Positions 52,515-63,307 of a DNA stretch of 64,000 bases are shown here, in pieces. Positions within the stretch are counted from its first letter, which is position 1; every line of letters begins with the position of its first letter. The DNA lies in contig CAWAGI010000008.1 of the NCBI GenBank assembly GCA_963781615.1, positions 3,939 to 67,938 on the forward strand. The letters are read 5' to 3'. Source of the DNA: an uncultured Actinomycetes bacterium (GTDB lineage: Bacteria > Actinomycetota > Acidimicrobiia > IMCC26256 > JACDBD01). Under the pieces are notes generated by a model. That model was not told the DNA's origin and did not search any database. It saw only the letters and a list, made by a program, of their open reading frames with translations. The translations under genes and the position numbers were made by a program.

Positions 52515-53846
52515 GTGCGGGACGTGGACGAACCGACCCTCTCCGTCACCGAGGTCAACACGACTATCCGCGACGCGCTGCGGGAAGCGATCCCCGAGAA
52601 CGTGTGGGTGCGGGGCGAGGTGCAGGGGCTGCGTGAGTCACGGGCCGGGCACGTCTACTTCCAGCTGGTCGAGAAGGACGAGCGCCGCAACCGCGTGCAG
52701 GCGGCGCTCGACGTGGCGCTGTTCCGCAGCCACCTCATGACCGTGCACGCCGCGTTGCGCAAGGTGCCCGGGATCGAGCTCGCCGACGACGTCGAGGTGC
52801 GCGTGAAGGGCCACATCGACGTGTACCCGCCGACAGGCCGTCTCCAGCTGATCATGACCGGCATCGACCCGGTGTTCACCGCCGGCGCGCTCGCCGCCAA
52901 CCGGGACCGCGTGCTCCGCCAGCTCGAGGCCGAAGGCCTGCTGCGCGCCAACGCCGTCCACGAGCTGTCGCAGGTCCCGCTGCGGATCGGGCTCGTGACG
53001 AGCGCCGGCAGCGCCGCGTACCACGACTTCCTCGACGAGCTCGACGCCAGCGGCTTCGCGTTCCGCGTCGGCGTGTGCGACGTGCGCGTGCAGGGTGCCA
53101 ACGCGCCCGGCCGCGTCGTGTGGGCACTGCGCCGACTCGCCCGCATCGCCGATGCGTTCGACGCCGTCGTGGTCGTTCGCGGTGGCGGTTCCCGCGCCGA
53201 CCTGGCCCCCTTCGACACCGACGACGTCGCCCGCGCCGTCGCCGCCATGCCGCTCCCCGTGCTCACCGGGATCGGGCACGAGGTCGATCGTTCCGTCGCC
53301 GACGAGGTCGCGCACACGGCGAGCAAGACCCCGACGGCGGCCGCGCAGGTGCTGGTCGAGCAGGTCATGGAGTTCGTCCACCGGCTCGACGACCTGTCGC
53401 GCGGCGTCGTGCACCACGCCCGCTCGAACTGCGCGCTCGCACTGCGGGAGCTCCGTGACTGCGCCCGGCGCGCCCGGCGCGGCCCGCCGGTGGCGCTGAC
53501 CCGCGAGCTCGCCGTCGTCGAGCGCCACCGGGGCCGGGCGGAGGAGCTCGGCACGCGGGCGGTCAAGCAGGCCGTCGCCGGCCTCGACGGAAGCGAGCGT
53601 GCCGTGTCGGCGGCCGGCGGACGTCTCGCCCGGGCCGAGGACCGGCGACTGGTTGCCTGCGAAGCCCGGTTACGCGCCCTCGACCCGGCGCGGGTGCTGG
53701 AGCGGGGCTACACGATCACCCGCGACCGCGACGGCCAGGTGGTGAAGCGGGCCGCCGCCCTCAGCTCCGGGGACCGGCTCGTCACCGAGTTCGCCGACGG
53801 GACCGCCGCCGCCGTCGTGCACGAGGTAGACACGCGCGAGTCATGA
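52515..53846 (+). CDS. xseA: Exodeoxyribonuclease VII large subunit
   Basis: VWVRGEV, GHVYFQL, IGLVTS, VRGGGS, TGIGHEVD, KTPTAAA, VLERGY. Confidence 0.95.
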   Translation: MRDVDEPTLSVTEVNTTIRDALREAIPENVWVRGEVQGLRESRAGHVYFQLVEKDERRNRVQAALDVALFRSHLMTVHAALRKVPGIELADDVEVRVKGHIDVYPPTGRLQLIMTGIDPVFTAGALAANRDRVLRQLEAEGLLRANAVHELSQVPLRIGLVTSAGSAAYHDFLDELDASGFAFRVGVCDVRVQGANAPGRVVWALRRLARIADAFDAVVVVRGGGSRADLAPFDTDDVARAVAAMPLPVLTGIGHEVDRSVADEVAHTASKTPTAAAQVLVEQVMEFVHRLDDLSRGVVHHARSNCALALRELRDCARRARRGPPVALTRELAVVERHRGRAEELGTRAVKQAVAGLDGSERAVSAAGGRLARAEDRRLVACEARLRALDPARVLERGYTITRDRDGQVVKRAAALSSGDRLVTEFADGTAAAVVHEVDTRES

Positions 53847-54166
53847 GCACATCGAGCGGCGACGCCGACGACGGCAGCGGCGACGACCTCGGCTACGCCG
53901 AGGCGATGACCGAGCTCGAGGGGATCCTCGACGAGCTCGAGGGCGACCACCTCGACGTGGACGTGCTGGCGGAGCGCGTCCGCCGGGCCGCCGAGCTGAT
54001 CAAGCTGTGCCGCACCCGCATCTCCCGCGCCCAGGAGGACGTCAACCGCATCGTCACCGACCTCGAGGTGTTCGAGAGCGAGATCGGCGGCGCCCCCGCC
54101 GGCGGCGGCGACGAGGACGAGCTCGAAGGCGACGTCGCCGCCCACGAGGCCGACGAGCTGTTCTGA
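53843..54166 (+). CDS. xseB: Exodeoxyribonuclease VII small subunit with acidic extension
   Basis: YAEAMTELEGILDELE..LDVDVL..VRRAAELIKLC; ATGA overlap with xseA. Confidence 0.92.
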   Translation: MSTSSGDADDGSGDDLGYAEAMTELEGILDELEGDHLDVDVLAERVRRAAELIKLCRTRISRAQEDVNRIVTDLEVFESEIGGAPAGGGDEDELEGDVAAHEADELF

Positions 54167-54211
54167 GCCCGGAGAGAGCGCACGGCGGCGTCGACGCGCG
54201 AGGGTGATGCC

Positions 54212-55108
54212 GTGGACGAGTGGCCCGCGCTGCCCTACGACGACTGGCGCCCCACCCGCGACACGCTGCACATGTACACGCAGGTCGTCGGCAAGCTGCG
54301 GCTCGCGCTCTCGCCGTTCGAGCCGGAGTGGGCGAACGTGCCGCTGTACGTCACCGCGCGGGGGCTGACGACATCGCCCGTCCCGCTGGGTCTCCGCACC
54401 TTCGACGCCGAGTTCGACTTCGTCGACCACCGGCTGGTGCTGCGCGCCAACGACGGCGGAATCGAACAGCTCCCGCTGCGGGCGCAGGCCGTCGCCGACT
54501 TCTACGCCGCCGTGATGGACGCGCTCGGCCGCCTCGGGCTCGACGTGACGATCTCGCCCGGTCCGTCCGAGGTCCCCGACCCCATCCCGTTCGCCGAGGA
54601 TCGGACGCACCACTCCTACGAGCCCGAGCAGGCCAACCGGTTCTTCCGCGTCCTCTCCGCGACCGACGTCGTCCTGAAGGAGCACCGCAGCCGCTTCGGA
54701 GGCAAGACGTCGCCCTCTCACTTCTTCTGGGGCAGCTTCGACCTCGTCGTCACGCGTTTCTCCGGCCGTCCCGTGGAGCCGCCCGCGGGCGCCGACACGA
54801 TCACGCGCTACGGGGGCGACGCCGAGCAGATCTGCGGCGGCTTCTGGCCGGGCCATCCCCACTACACGAGCCCGGCGTTCTTCGCGTACGGGTATCCCTC
54901 GCCGGCCGGCGTCGAGCAGGCGTCGATCAGACCTGCGAACGCGGGGTGGAACGACGACCTGGGCGAGTTCGTCTTCCCGTACGACGAGATGCGGGCGACG
55001 CCCGATCCGAGACGCGCGCTGTTGGACTTCCTCGACAGCACCTACGACGTGTGCGCGAGTCGCATGGGGTGGAGCGCCGACCTCACGCAGATCAACGCGC
55101 CGTCGTGA
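54212..55108 (+). CDS. DUF5996 family protein
   Basis: TRDTLHMYTQVVGK, LYVTARGLTT, FGGKTSPSHFFWGSFDL, GFWPG. Confidence 0.9.
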   Translation: MDEWPALPYDDWRPTRDTLHMYTQVVGKLRLALSPFEPEWANVPLYVTARGLTTSPVPLGLRTFDAEFDFVDHRLVLRANDGGIEQLPLRAQAVADFYAAVMDALGRLGLDVTISPGPSEVPDPIPFAEDRTHHSYEPEQANRFFRVLSATDVVLKEHRSRFGGKTSPSHFFWGSFDLVVTRFSGRPVEPPAGADTITRYGGDAEQICGGFWPGHPHYTSPAFFAYGYPSPAGVEQASIRPANAGWNDDLGEFVFPYDEMRATPDPRRALLDFLDSTYDVCASRMGWSADLTQINAPS

Positions 55109-55998
55109 CGCGCGGCTGAGGAGGTCGCGGCGATGTGGCCCATGGCGCCGGACTGGTAGTCCTCGACCGCCTGGACGAGCTCGTCCCGGCTGTTCATGAC
55201 GAACGGGCCGTACCGCGCCACCGGCTCGCGTAGCGGCACGCCCGAGATGACGAGGACATCGAGGGGATCCTCGACGTCGTCGGGACCCTCGAGGTGCACG
55301 TCGCCCTGATCGCCGGCGAAGAGCACGAGCTGCGATTCCGACGCCAGCCTGCCGTCGTCGCCGAACTGGCCGCGGCCCCGGATCACGTACGCCGCAGCCT
55401 GGTGCCCCTCGGGGATGGGGACGTCGAGCGAAGCACCGGGCTGCAACGTCACGTGCAGGTACACGATCGGGCTGTGCGTGTCGACCGGGCCCCGCGCGCC
55501 GAACACGTCGCCGGCGACGACCTTGACCCGCGCGCCCGGCGCCGGCTCGATCACGGGGATCTCGTCCGCCTTGATCTCCTGATAGCGAGGCGACGACATC
55601 TTGTCGGCGCGCGGCAGGTTCACCCAGAGCTGGAGGCCGTGGACGCGGCCGCCCTCGCGCCGGATGCGCTCGGCGGGGAGCTCGGAGTGCACGATGCCCG
55701 CGCCCGCCGTCATCCACTGCACGTCGCCGGGCCCGAGGTAGCCGCCACCTCCGCTCGAGTCCCGGTGCTCGAAGGCGCCCTCGAGCATGTAGGTGACGGT
55801 CTCGAAGCCGCGGTGCGGATGGTCGGGCGCACCGACGGCCTCGCCCGGCGCGTAGTCCGCCGGGCCCATGTGGTCGAGGAGGAGGAACGGATCGACCATG
55901 TCGAGCCGGGCGGACGGGAACGTCCGCCGCACCACGAACCCGCCGCCTTCGACCGTGCGCGTGGCGGGCACGACCTGAGCCACGGAGCGCTGCGTCAT
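55042..55998 (-). CDS. Pirin family protein
   Basis: DPFLLLDHMGP, HPHRGFETVTY, WMTAGAGIVHSE, YGPFVMN. Confidence 0.95.
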   Translation of the reverse strand: MTQRSVAQVVPATRTVEGGGFVVRRTFPSARLDMVDPFLLLDHMGPADYAPGEAVGAPDHPHRGFETVTYMLEGAFEHRDSSGGGGYLGPGDVQWMTAGAGIVHSELPAERIRREGGRVHGLQLWVNLPRADKMSSPRYQEIKADEIPVIEPAPGARVKVVAGDVFGARGPVDTHSPIVYLHVTLQPGASLDVPIPEGHQAAAYVIRGRGQFGDDGRLASESQLVLFAGDQGDVHLEGPDDVEDPLDVLVISGVPLREPVARYGPFVMNSRDELVQAVEDYQSGAMGHIAATSSAARHDGALICVRSALHPMRLAHTS

Positions 55999-56034
55999 GC
56001 CGGGTGCAAGGCCGCGAGGCGGCCTGCTATTCCG

Positions 56035-56811
56035 CTACGCGGCCTGGGGGGCGACGGCGTTGACGGCGCCGGCGAGCGAGTCCTCCCACGGCCAGTTCCA
56101 CAGGAAGTGCTTGTTGACGTCGTCCATCTGGTTGTACATCCACCAGTAGAAGTACACGCCGCACGAGAAGATGCTGGCGACGATGCGGCCGGCGTAGTTC
56201 TGCTTGCCCTTCTGGCGGGCGGGGTCGGGGGCGGGGACGTTCTGGCCCAACCGGGCGAAGATCGCGCTCAGCTCGGCCTCGACCGCGCCTTCGGCCTGGT
56301 CGTGCTTGATGAGGTCCCCGTCGAGGAACACGAACCCCACGAAATAGGCGATCGACGTGAGGACCGCGATGAGCACCCAGATGCCGGGGTCGCGGAACTC
56401 GGTCGTCAGCCCGCGCATGACGGCCACGTTCGTGGCGATGCGCTCGAAGTTCGGTCGCAGCTCCTCGGCGACGCCCTGCGCGCTCGCCTGCTGCCAGGCG
56501 ACCTCCGTCGCCGACTCGAGCAGGTCGAGCCGGCGCCGGTTGTGGTCCCGCATGCGCCGCATGAGTTGGTAGAAGACGTAGAACCCGAAGATGCCGCACG
56601 TGATGATGGTGAGGAAGATCACCATCCCCAGGCAGTCGAAGTAGTAGTCGGTCTGCGCCCGGGCGTTGTACGCGTAGCGGAACCGCTCGGCCGGGGTCGT
56701 CGCCGGCATCGGCGCGCCCGGCTGCTGGGCCGGCGTGGGCGGTTGCTGTGGCGGGGGCGGGGGAGGCGGCTGCTGCGGCGGGGGAGGCGGGGGCGGTGGT
56801 GTCGTCGTCAT
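56035..56811 (-). CDS. DUF4234-like membrane protein with Pro/Gln-rich N-terminus
   Basis: LTIITCGIFGFY and SIFSCGVYFYWW repeats. Confidence 0.75.
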   Translation of the reverse strand: MTTTPPPPPPPPQQPPPPPPPQQPPTPAQQPGAPMPATTPAERFRYAYNARAQTDYYFDCLGMVIFLTIITCGIFGFYVFYQLMRRMRDHNRRRLDLLESATEVAWQQASAQGVAEELRPNFERIATNVAVMRGLTTEFRDPGIWVLIAVLTSIAYFVGFVFLDGDLIKHDQAEGAVEAELSAIFARLGQNVPAPDPARQKGKQNYAGRIVASIFSCGVYFYWWMYNQMDDVNKHFLWNWPWEDSLAGAVNAVAPQAA

Positions 56812-56898
56812 GGGCGTGCACCCTAGCGAGGGTGCGACCATGATGCGTACGTCAACCGGAACAGTTCCGGTCGACGGACGCACGATCGGAGCGGCTGC

Positions 56899-58068
56899 AT
56901 GGCCGACGAGTACACGCCGACGCCGGAGGATCACTTCACGTTCGGGTTGTGGACGGTGGGCAACCGCGGGCGGGACCCGTTCGGTAACGAGACCCGTCCG
57001 CCGCTCGACCCCGTCGACACTGTCGGCCGGCTCGCGGAGCTCGGCGCCTACGGCGTGAACTTCCACGACGACGACCTCGTGCCGCCGGGCTCGTCGCCGG
57101 CGGAGCGCGAGCAGATCCTCAAGCGGTTCCGGCGCGCTCTCGACGACGCCGGCATGAAAGTGCCGATGGCGACGACGAACTTGTTCTCGAACCCGGTGTT
57201 CAAGGACGGCGCGTTCACCGCCAACGACCCGAAGGTGCGCAAGCACGCCCTGCGCAAGACCCTGGACGCCATCGATCTCGGGGCTGAGCTCGGCGCCGAG
57301 GTGTACGTCATGTGGGGCGGGCGCGAGGGCGTCGAGTCCGACGCCGCCAAGGACGTCCCCACCGCGCTGGACTGCTACGCCGAGGCCATCAACCTCTGCT
57401 GCGACTACATCGTCGACCGCGGCTACGAGATCGACATCGCGATCGAACCCAAGCCGAACGAGCCGCGCGGCAACCTCTTCCTTCCGACCGTCGGGCACGC
57501 GCTGGCGTTCATCCACGAGCTCGCCCATCCCGACATGGTCGGGCTCAACCCGGAGTTCGCCCACGAGACGATGTCCGGGCTGTCGTTCCACCACGGCGTC
57601 GCGCAGGCGTTGTGGGCCGACAAGCTCTTCCACATCGACCTCAACGCACAGTCGCCCGGCCGGTACGACCAGGACTTCCGCTTCGGGTCCGAGGGCGTCC
57701 GCGACGCCTTCTACCTCGTGAAGCTGCTCGAGGACGCCGAGTGGGACGGCATGCGACACTTCGACGCGCACGCGTACCGCACCGAGAGCGTCGATGGCGT
57801 CTGGGAGTTCGCCCGCGGCTGCATGCGGTCGTACCTCATTCTCAAGGAGAAGGCGGCGCGGTTCGCCGCCGACCCCGACATCGCCGACGCGCTGCTCGAG
57901 GCGCAGGCCGAGGGGCTCGCCGAGCGGATCCTGCCCCAGGGCTATTCGCCCGAGGCGATTGCCGCGCTGCGCGGGGAGGCGATCGACGTCGACGCCCTCG
58001 CCGCCCGGGGCTACGGGCACGAGCGGCTCGACCAGCTCGTGACGGAGCTGCTCCTCGGCGTTCGCTGA
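56899..58068 (+). CDS. xylA: Xylose isomerase (class I)
   Basis: [43 protein letters not shown]. Confidence 0.97.
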   Translation: MADEYTPTPEDHFTFGLWTVGNRGRDPFGNETRPPLDPVDTVGRLAELGAYGVNFHDDDLVPPGSSPAEREQILKRFRRALDDAGMKVPMATTNLFSNPVFKDGAFTANDPKVRKHALRKTLDAIDLGAELGAEVYVMWGGREGVESDAAKDVPTALDCYAEAINLCCDYIVDRGYEIDIAIEPKPNEPRGNLFLPTVGHALAFIHELAHPDMVGLNPEFAHETMSGLSFHHGVAQALWADKLFHIDLNAQSPGRYDQDFRFGSEGVRDAFYLVKLLEDAEWDGMRHFDAHAYRTESVDGVWEFARGCMRSYLILKEKAARFAADPDIADALLEAQAEGLAERILPQGYSPEAIAALRGEAIDVDALAARGYGHERLDQLVTELLLGVR

Positions 58069-58156
58069 GAGTTCGCTGAGCACGGCCGTTCCCGGCCGCG
58101 GTCGGCAAACGTGCTTCACTGTCCGGTCGCACGCTGAGCTCGAGCAGGAGGGCTGC

Positions 58157-59575
58157 GTGGCACTCGTCCTGGGAGTGGATTCGTCCACTCAATCGACGAA
58201 AGTCGAGATCCGCGACGCCGATACCGGTGTTCTCGCCGGATCCGGTCGTGCCGCGCATCCAGGGACCTCCCCGCCGCGCAGCGAGCAGGATCCCGAGTCG
58301 TGGCGCCAGGCGCTCGTCGACGCCCGCCATCAGGCCGGGGCGCCGGCGGTCGTCGCGATGGCAATCGCCGCTCAGCAGCACGGCCTCGTCGCGCTCGACT
58401 GCGACGGTCGGGTGATCCGGCCGGCGAAGCTCTGGAACGACACCGAGTCGGCCCCCGACGCCCAGTGGCTCGTCGAGCAGCTCGGCGGCCCCGAGCCGTG
58501 GGTGAAGGCGTGCGGGTCGGTGCCGGTGGCGTCGTTCACGATCAGCAAGCTCTCGTGGCTGCACCGCACCGAGCCCGAGACGTTCGACCGCCTGGCCCGC
58601 GTGCTGCTCCCGCACGACTGGCTGACGTCCCGGATGAGCGGCCGGTTCACGACCGACCGCGGCGATGCCTCCGGTACCGGCTACTGGTCGCCGTCCGAGG
58701 GCCGCTGGCGCCCCGACCTCCTCGACGTGGTCGACGACACGAAGGACTGGGACGAGTGCCTGCCGGAGGTGCTCGGACCGACGGAGCCGGTGCGTGAGCG
58801 CGACGGCGTGATGATCGGGCCCGGTACCGGCGACAACATGGCCGCCGCCCTCGGCGTCGCGCTCCGGCCCGGGCAGGTCGCGATCTCCATCGGCACCTCG
58901 GGCACCGTGTACACGGTCAGCAACGCGCCGGTCACCGACCCGAAGGGTTACGTCGCCGGGTTCGCCGACGCCACCGGCCGGTACCTGCCGCTGGTGTGCA
59001 CGCTCAACGGGATGCGCGTCATCGATGCGTTCGCCCGGCTGCTCCGTGTCGACCTGACCACGTTCGACGAGCTCGCGCTGGCCGGCGAGCCGGGCGCGGG
59101 CGGGCTGGTACTCCTCCCGTACCTCGACGGCGAGAGGACGCCCAACCTGCCCGACGCGTCGGGCACGATCGCGGGGCTACGACCCGACGTGACGCCGGAG
59201 CAGGTCGCGCGCGCCGCCGTCGAAGGCGTCGTGTGCGGGTTGCTCGACGCCCTCGAGGCGCTGCGCGTCGGCGGCGTCAAGGTGCGGCCCGCCGACGGCA
59301 CACTGCTCCTCGGCGGCGGCGCCCGCCTGCGTTCGGTCCAACGTGTGCTCGCCGACCTCACACGTTGCTCGATCGTCGTGCCGCGCGGCGAGCCGGTCGC
59401 GACCGGCGCCTGCGTGCAAGCGGCTGCCGTGCTGCACCAGGCCGCGCCGAGTGACGTCGCCGCCGCGTGGGACCTCGGCACGGGCCGTCCGGTCGAACCC
59501 GACCTGAGCACCGACACCCGAGCGATGCGGAGCGCGTACGCGGCGCTACGTGATAGGTACTACGCCACATCATGA
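58157..59575 (+). CDS. xylB: Xylulokinase
   Basis: GVDSSTQSTK, LWNDT, DRGDASGTGYW, GDNMAAALG, SIGTSG, GERTPN. Confidence 0.93.
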   Translation: MALVLGVDSSTQSTKVEIRDADTGVLAGSGRAAHPGTSPPRSEQDPESWRQALVDARHQAGAPAVVAMAIAAQQHGLVALDCDGRVIRPAKLWNDTESAPDAQWLVEQLGGPEPWVKACGSVPVASFTISKLSWLHRTEPETFDRLARVLLPHDWLTSRMSGRFTTDRGDASGTGYWSPSEGRWRPDLLDVVDDTKDWDECLPEVLGPTEPVRERDGVMIGPGTGDNMAAALGVALRPGQVAISIGTSGTVYTVSNAPVTDPKGYVAGFADATGRYLPLVCTLNGMRVIDAFARLLRVDLTTFDELALAGEPGAGGLVLLPYLDGERTPNLPDASGTIAGLRPDVTPEQVARAAVEGVVCGLLDALEALRVGGVKVRPADGTLLLGGGARLRSVQRVLADLTRCSIVVPRGEPVATGACVQAAAVLHQAAPSDVAAAWDLGTGRPVEPDLSTDTRAMRSAYAALRDRYYATS

Positions 59576-60378
59576 ACAAGCCGGCAGGTCGGTTCTCGGG
59601 TGTTGCCGCCGCAGCGCTGTTGTGCGCGGCCGCGCTCGGGTTCGGCGCTTCGGCGGTGCCCGACGCGGCCGCCGCGCCCAAGCGGCCGACGCTGCGCGTC
59701 CTCGTCACCAACGACGACGGGGTCGGCGCGCCCGGGATCGACGCGCTCGTGCAAGGGCTGCGCAAGCTGAACGGGGTGCGCGTCACGGTCGTCGCGCCCG
59801 CCGAGAACAAGAGTGGCTCGAGCGACATGACGACGCCCGGGCCCCTCACGACGACGCAGGCGACCACCACGAGCGGCTATCCCGCCATCGCCGTCCAAGG
59901 CTTCCCCGCCGACACGGTCGATTTCGCCCTCGACGGCGGCATCCCGACGAAGCCACAGCTGGTCGCTTCCGGCATCAACGCGGGCGCCAACCTGGGCCCC
60001 GTCACCCGCATCTCGGGCACGGTGGGCGCGGCCCGCACTGCGGTTCGCCACGGCGTGCCGGCGGTAGCGATCAGCCAGGGCACGACCGAGGGCGTGGAGC
60101 CCGACTATGCCGCCGGTGTGCGCCAGGCCGTCACGTGGGTGAAGGAGCACCGAAAGGCGCTCACCAAGAAGAACCCGAAGGCTCCGACCGCGGTTGCGAA
60201 CATCAACGTGCCGACGTGCCCGACCGGCAAGGTACGCGGGCCGATCGACGTGCCGTCGGCGACCGGCGGTGACCTCACGCAGCCGCCGAACTGCGCGTCG
60301 ACGCTGAAGAATCCTCCGGACGACGTCGTCGCCTTCGTGAACGGCTACGCACCGCTGAGCCTGGTGCCGCCCGACTGA
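59572..60378 (+). CDS. surE: SurE family 5'/3'-nucleotidase with signal peptide
   Basis: LVTNDDG, VVAPAENKSG, GFPAD, SGINAGAN, SGTVGAA. Confidence 0.88.
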   Translation: MNKPAGRFSGVAAAALLCAAALGFGASAVPDAAAAPKRPTLRVLVTNDDGVGAPGIDALVQGLRKLNGVRVTVVAPAENKSGSSDMTTPGPLTTTQATTTSGYPAIAVQGFPADTVDFALDGGIPTKPQLVASGINAGANLGPVTRISGTVGAARTAVRHGVPAVAISQGTTEGVEPDYAAGVRQAVTWVKEHRKALTKKNPKAPTAVANINVPTCPTGKVRGPIDVPSATGGDLTQPPNCASTLKNPPDDVVAFVNGYAPLSLVPPD

Positions 60379-60385
60379 CGTACGC

Positions 60386-61096
60386 CTACTCGGCGTTGTG
60401 GAAGATGATCCCGAGCGTGGTCCGCTCGCCGGTGTGGATCGTGCTCACGCCATGGCGCATCGCCACCCGCCTCGGCCCGCGCTTGCCCGGCACGGGCCGA
60501 TCGCGCGTGGGGAAGAGCAGCGCCTGCCCGCGCTCCAGACGGGCCACGACCGGGCGCGACTGCTGGCGCGGACGCTGCTCCACGAGCACGTTCTCGCCCC
60601 CGGTGAAGTCCACGTCGGGTGCGCTCAGCATGATCGTGACCTGGAGCGGGAACGCGACCTCGCCGTAGAGGTCCTGGTGCAGGCAGTTGTACCCGCCGGC
60701 CCAGTAGCGCAGCAGCAGTGGCGTCGGCCGGTGCTGCCCGGCCGACGCGCACACCTCGACGAGGCCGTCGAGCGTGTCGGGGAACGACTGTGTACCGAGC
60801 TGTTCCGCCCAGCGGTTGGCGATCTGCGCCAACGGCCCGTACAGCTCGACCCGGAGCCGCTGCACGACGTCGGGGAGCGGGTCGGCGAAGTACCGGTACG
60901 TGCCCTCGCCGAACGCGTGCCGTGACATCACGATCGTGCTCCGGAAGGCTTCGTCGACCTCGAAGAGGTCGCTGAGCTCGTGGCACTGCTCCTCGTCGAG
61001 CAGCGACGGCGTCACGGCGAAGCCCCACCGGTCGAGCTCCCCGCCGAGCGCGGGCCAGTCGAGGTCCGAGACTCCAACGACTCCGAGTTCCGTCAT
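60386..61096 (-). CDS. 2OG-Fe(II) oxygenase (DUF2086-like)
   Basis: GEGTYRYF, PTPLLLRY, NCLHQDLYG, FTGGE, RHGVS, LGIIFHNA. Confidence 0.92.
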   Translation of the reverse strand: MTELGVVGVSDLDWPALGGELDRWGFAVTPSLLDEEQCHELSDLFEVDEAFRSTIVMSRHAFGEGTYRYFADPLPDVVQRLRVELYGPLAQIANRWAEQLGTQSFPDTLDGLVEVCASAGQHRPTPLLLRYWAGGYNCLHQDLYGEVAFPLQVTIMLSAPDVDFTGGENVLVEQRPRQQSRPVVARLERGQALLFPTRDRPVPGKRGPRRVAMRHGVSTIHTGERTTLGIIFHNAE

Positions 61097-61140
61097 GTCG
61101 ACACCTCTATGTGCGCCTACCCGGAGACCTGAGAGAGCCT

Positions 61141-62780
61141 ATGGGCATGGCCGACGGGCTCGATCGAGGTCGAGAGGCGTTCCGGCGACGGGAGTGGGCG
61201 GACGCGTACACCCAGCTGTCGGCGGCGGACCGCGAGGCTCCGCTCGATGTCGACGACCTCGAGCGGCTGGCCGTGGCCGCCTACCTCACCGGCGACGACG
61301 CCGCCAGCACCGACGCCTGGGTGCGCGGCGCACCAGGAGTGCGTACGCGCCGGTGACCCGGCGCGGGCGGTCCGGTGCGCCTTCTGGCTCGTCCTCGGTC
61401 TCATGCTGCGGGGTGAGCTGGCGCCCGCCGCCGGGTGGCTCGCCCGCGGACAACGCTTCGCCGGCGACGTCGAAGGCCACGCCGAGGAGGGGTGCCTGCT
61501 TCTCGGGGACGCGGTCCAACTCATGTTCGCCGGCGATGCCGAGGGAGCCAACGCCATGTACAGCCGCGCGGCCGAGATCGGCGTCCGCTTCGGCGACCCG
61601 GACGTCACGGCGATGGCGCGACTCGGTGAGGGTCAGACCGCGATCATGCTCGGGCGCACCGCCGACGGCCTGACGCTGCTCGACGAGGCCATGGTCTCGG
61701 TGACGGCCGACGAGCCGTCGGCGACCATGACCGGCCTCGTGTACTGCGCCGTGATCGAGACCTGCCAGGAGATCTTCGACGTTCGCCGCGCACGTGAGTG
61801 GACGACGGCGTTGAGTCGGTGGTGCGAGTCGCAGCCCGAGCTCGTGCCGTACCGCGGCCAATGCCTGGTGCATCGGGCCGAGATCCTGGAGCTGCAGGGG
61901 GACTGGCCCGACGCGATCGACGAAGCCCAACGCGCCTGCGAGCGCCTCGCCGAACCCCCGCACCCGGCGGTCGGCAGGGCGTTCTACCGGCGCGGCGAGC
62001 TTCAGCGACTGCGGGGTGAGTACGACGCGGCCGACCACTCGTACCGCGAAGCCAGCGGGTACGGGCAGTCACCGCATCCGGGGCTGCGCACTGTTGCGCT
62101 ACGCGCAAGGACAGATCGACAGCGGCCGCGACCGACGATCAGGCAGGCGCTGAGCGAAGCACCGGACCGCGTCAGCCGAAGCAGGCTCCTCGGCGCGTCG
62201 GTCGAGATCGCGCTGGCCGGCAACAATTTGCAGGCGGCGCGCACCGCCGCCGACGAGCTCCTCGCATCGCCGCCGAGTTCGGGGCGCCGCTTCCTGGATG
62301 CGCGCTGTCCGACCATGCCGACGGCGCCGTCTTGCTCGCGGAGGGCGACGCCACGGCTGCGCTCGAGCCTCTGCGGCGCGCATGGCACGCGGTTGCAGGA
62401 GCTCGACGCCCCGTACGACGTCGCACGAGTCCGCGTCCACATCGGGCTCGTCGTACCGCGCCCTCGGGGACATCGACACGGCCGAGCATGGAGCTGGACG
62501 CCGCCCGAGCTGCGTTCGAGCGCCTCGAGGCCGCGCCCGATCTCGCCCGGGTCGAGAGCTGACCGGCTCCGCGGCCTCGGCGACGGCGGCCGGGCTCACG
62601 CCACGCGAGGTGGAGGTGCTCCGGCTCGTCGCCACAGGAAAGACGAACCGCGGCATTGCCGCCGAGCTCTTCCTCAGCGAAAAGACCGTCGCACGCCACG
62701 TGAGCAACATCTTCACCAAGCTCGGCGTGTCGTCACGGTCGGCGGCGACGGCGTACGCCTACGAGCACGACCTCACCTAG
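61141..62780 (+). CDS. TPR-LuxR family transcriptional regulator, multiple frameshifts
   Basis: [72 protein letters not shown]. Confidence 0.9.
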
Positions 62781-62875
62781 GCGCCGCGTACACAGAATTA
62801 CCCACGCGCCGTCGTCGGCGAATTGGTCCATTCCGGCGATGCGACGCGGTGCCGACTCGATCATCGTCGTCACCA

Positions 62876-63307
62876 TGACGACGACATCCGAGACCAAGAC
62901 CATCGAACAGGCGACCGCCGAGCGGCTGAGCGAGCGGTTCCACGACGCGTTCCGGTCCTTCGAAGCCGGGGACGACGCCTTCACGCCCGACGTGTTCTGC
63001 GACCTGAACATGCCCGAGTGGCGCTTCCAGCTGCAAGGGCGAGAGGCATTCGCGGCGCAGCTCGAACGCATCAACGAGGGTCCCTCCCGGGTCGAGGTCC
63101 TGCGGACCGTGCCGACGACCTCGGGATTCGTGACCGAGCACGTCGAGCACCAGGACGTCGACGGCGAGGACCATTCCGCCGCGCCGCCTCATTCTCTGCG
63201 AGGTCGTGCGTGGGAGGATCGCGGAGGTCACCGTGTACTGCACCGGCGAATGGACCGACGAGCTGCGCGCCCGGCACGCGGCCGAAGCGCCGATGATCCG
63301 GCCGTGA
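62876..63307 (+). CDS. SnoaL/NTF2-like hypothetical protein (frameshift near 63180)
   Basis: DVFCDLNMPEWRFQLQG...IAEVTVYCTGEW. Confidence 0.65.

Noticed and set aside
56035-58188. 717-aa minus-strand ORF and other long antisense ORFs (e.g. 29649..31631, 53708..55717)
   Set aside because: Shadow frames of real high-GC genes; only 56035..56811 looks coding.
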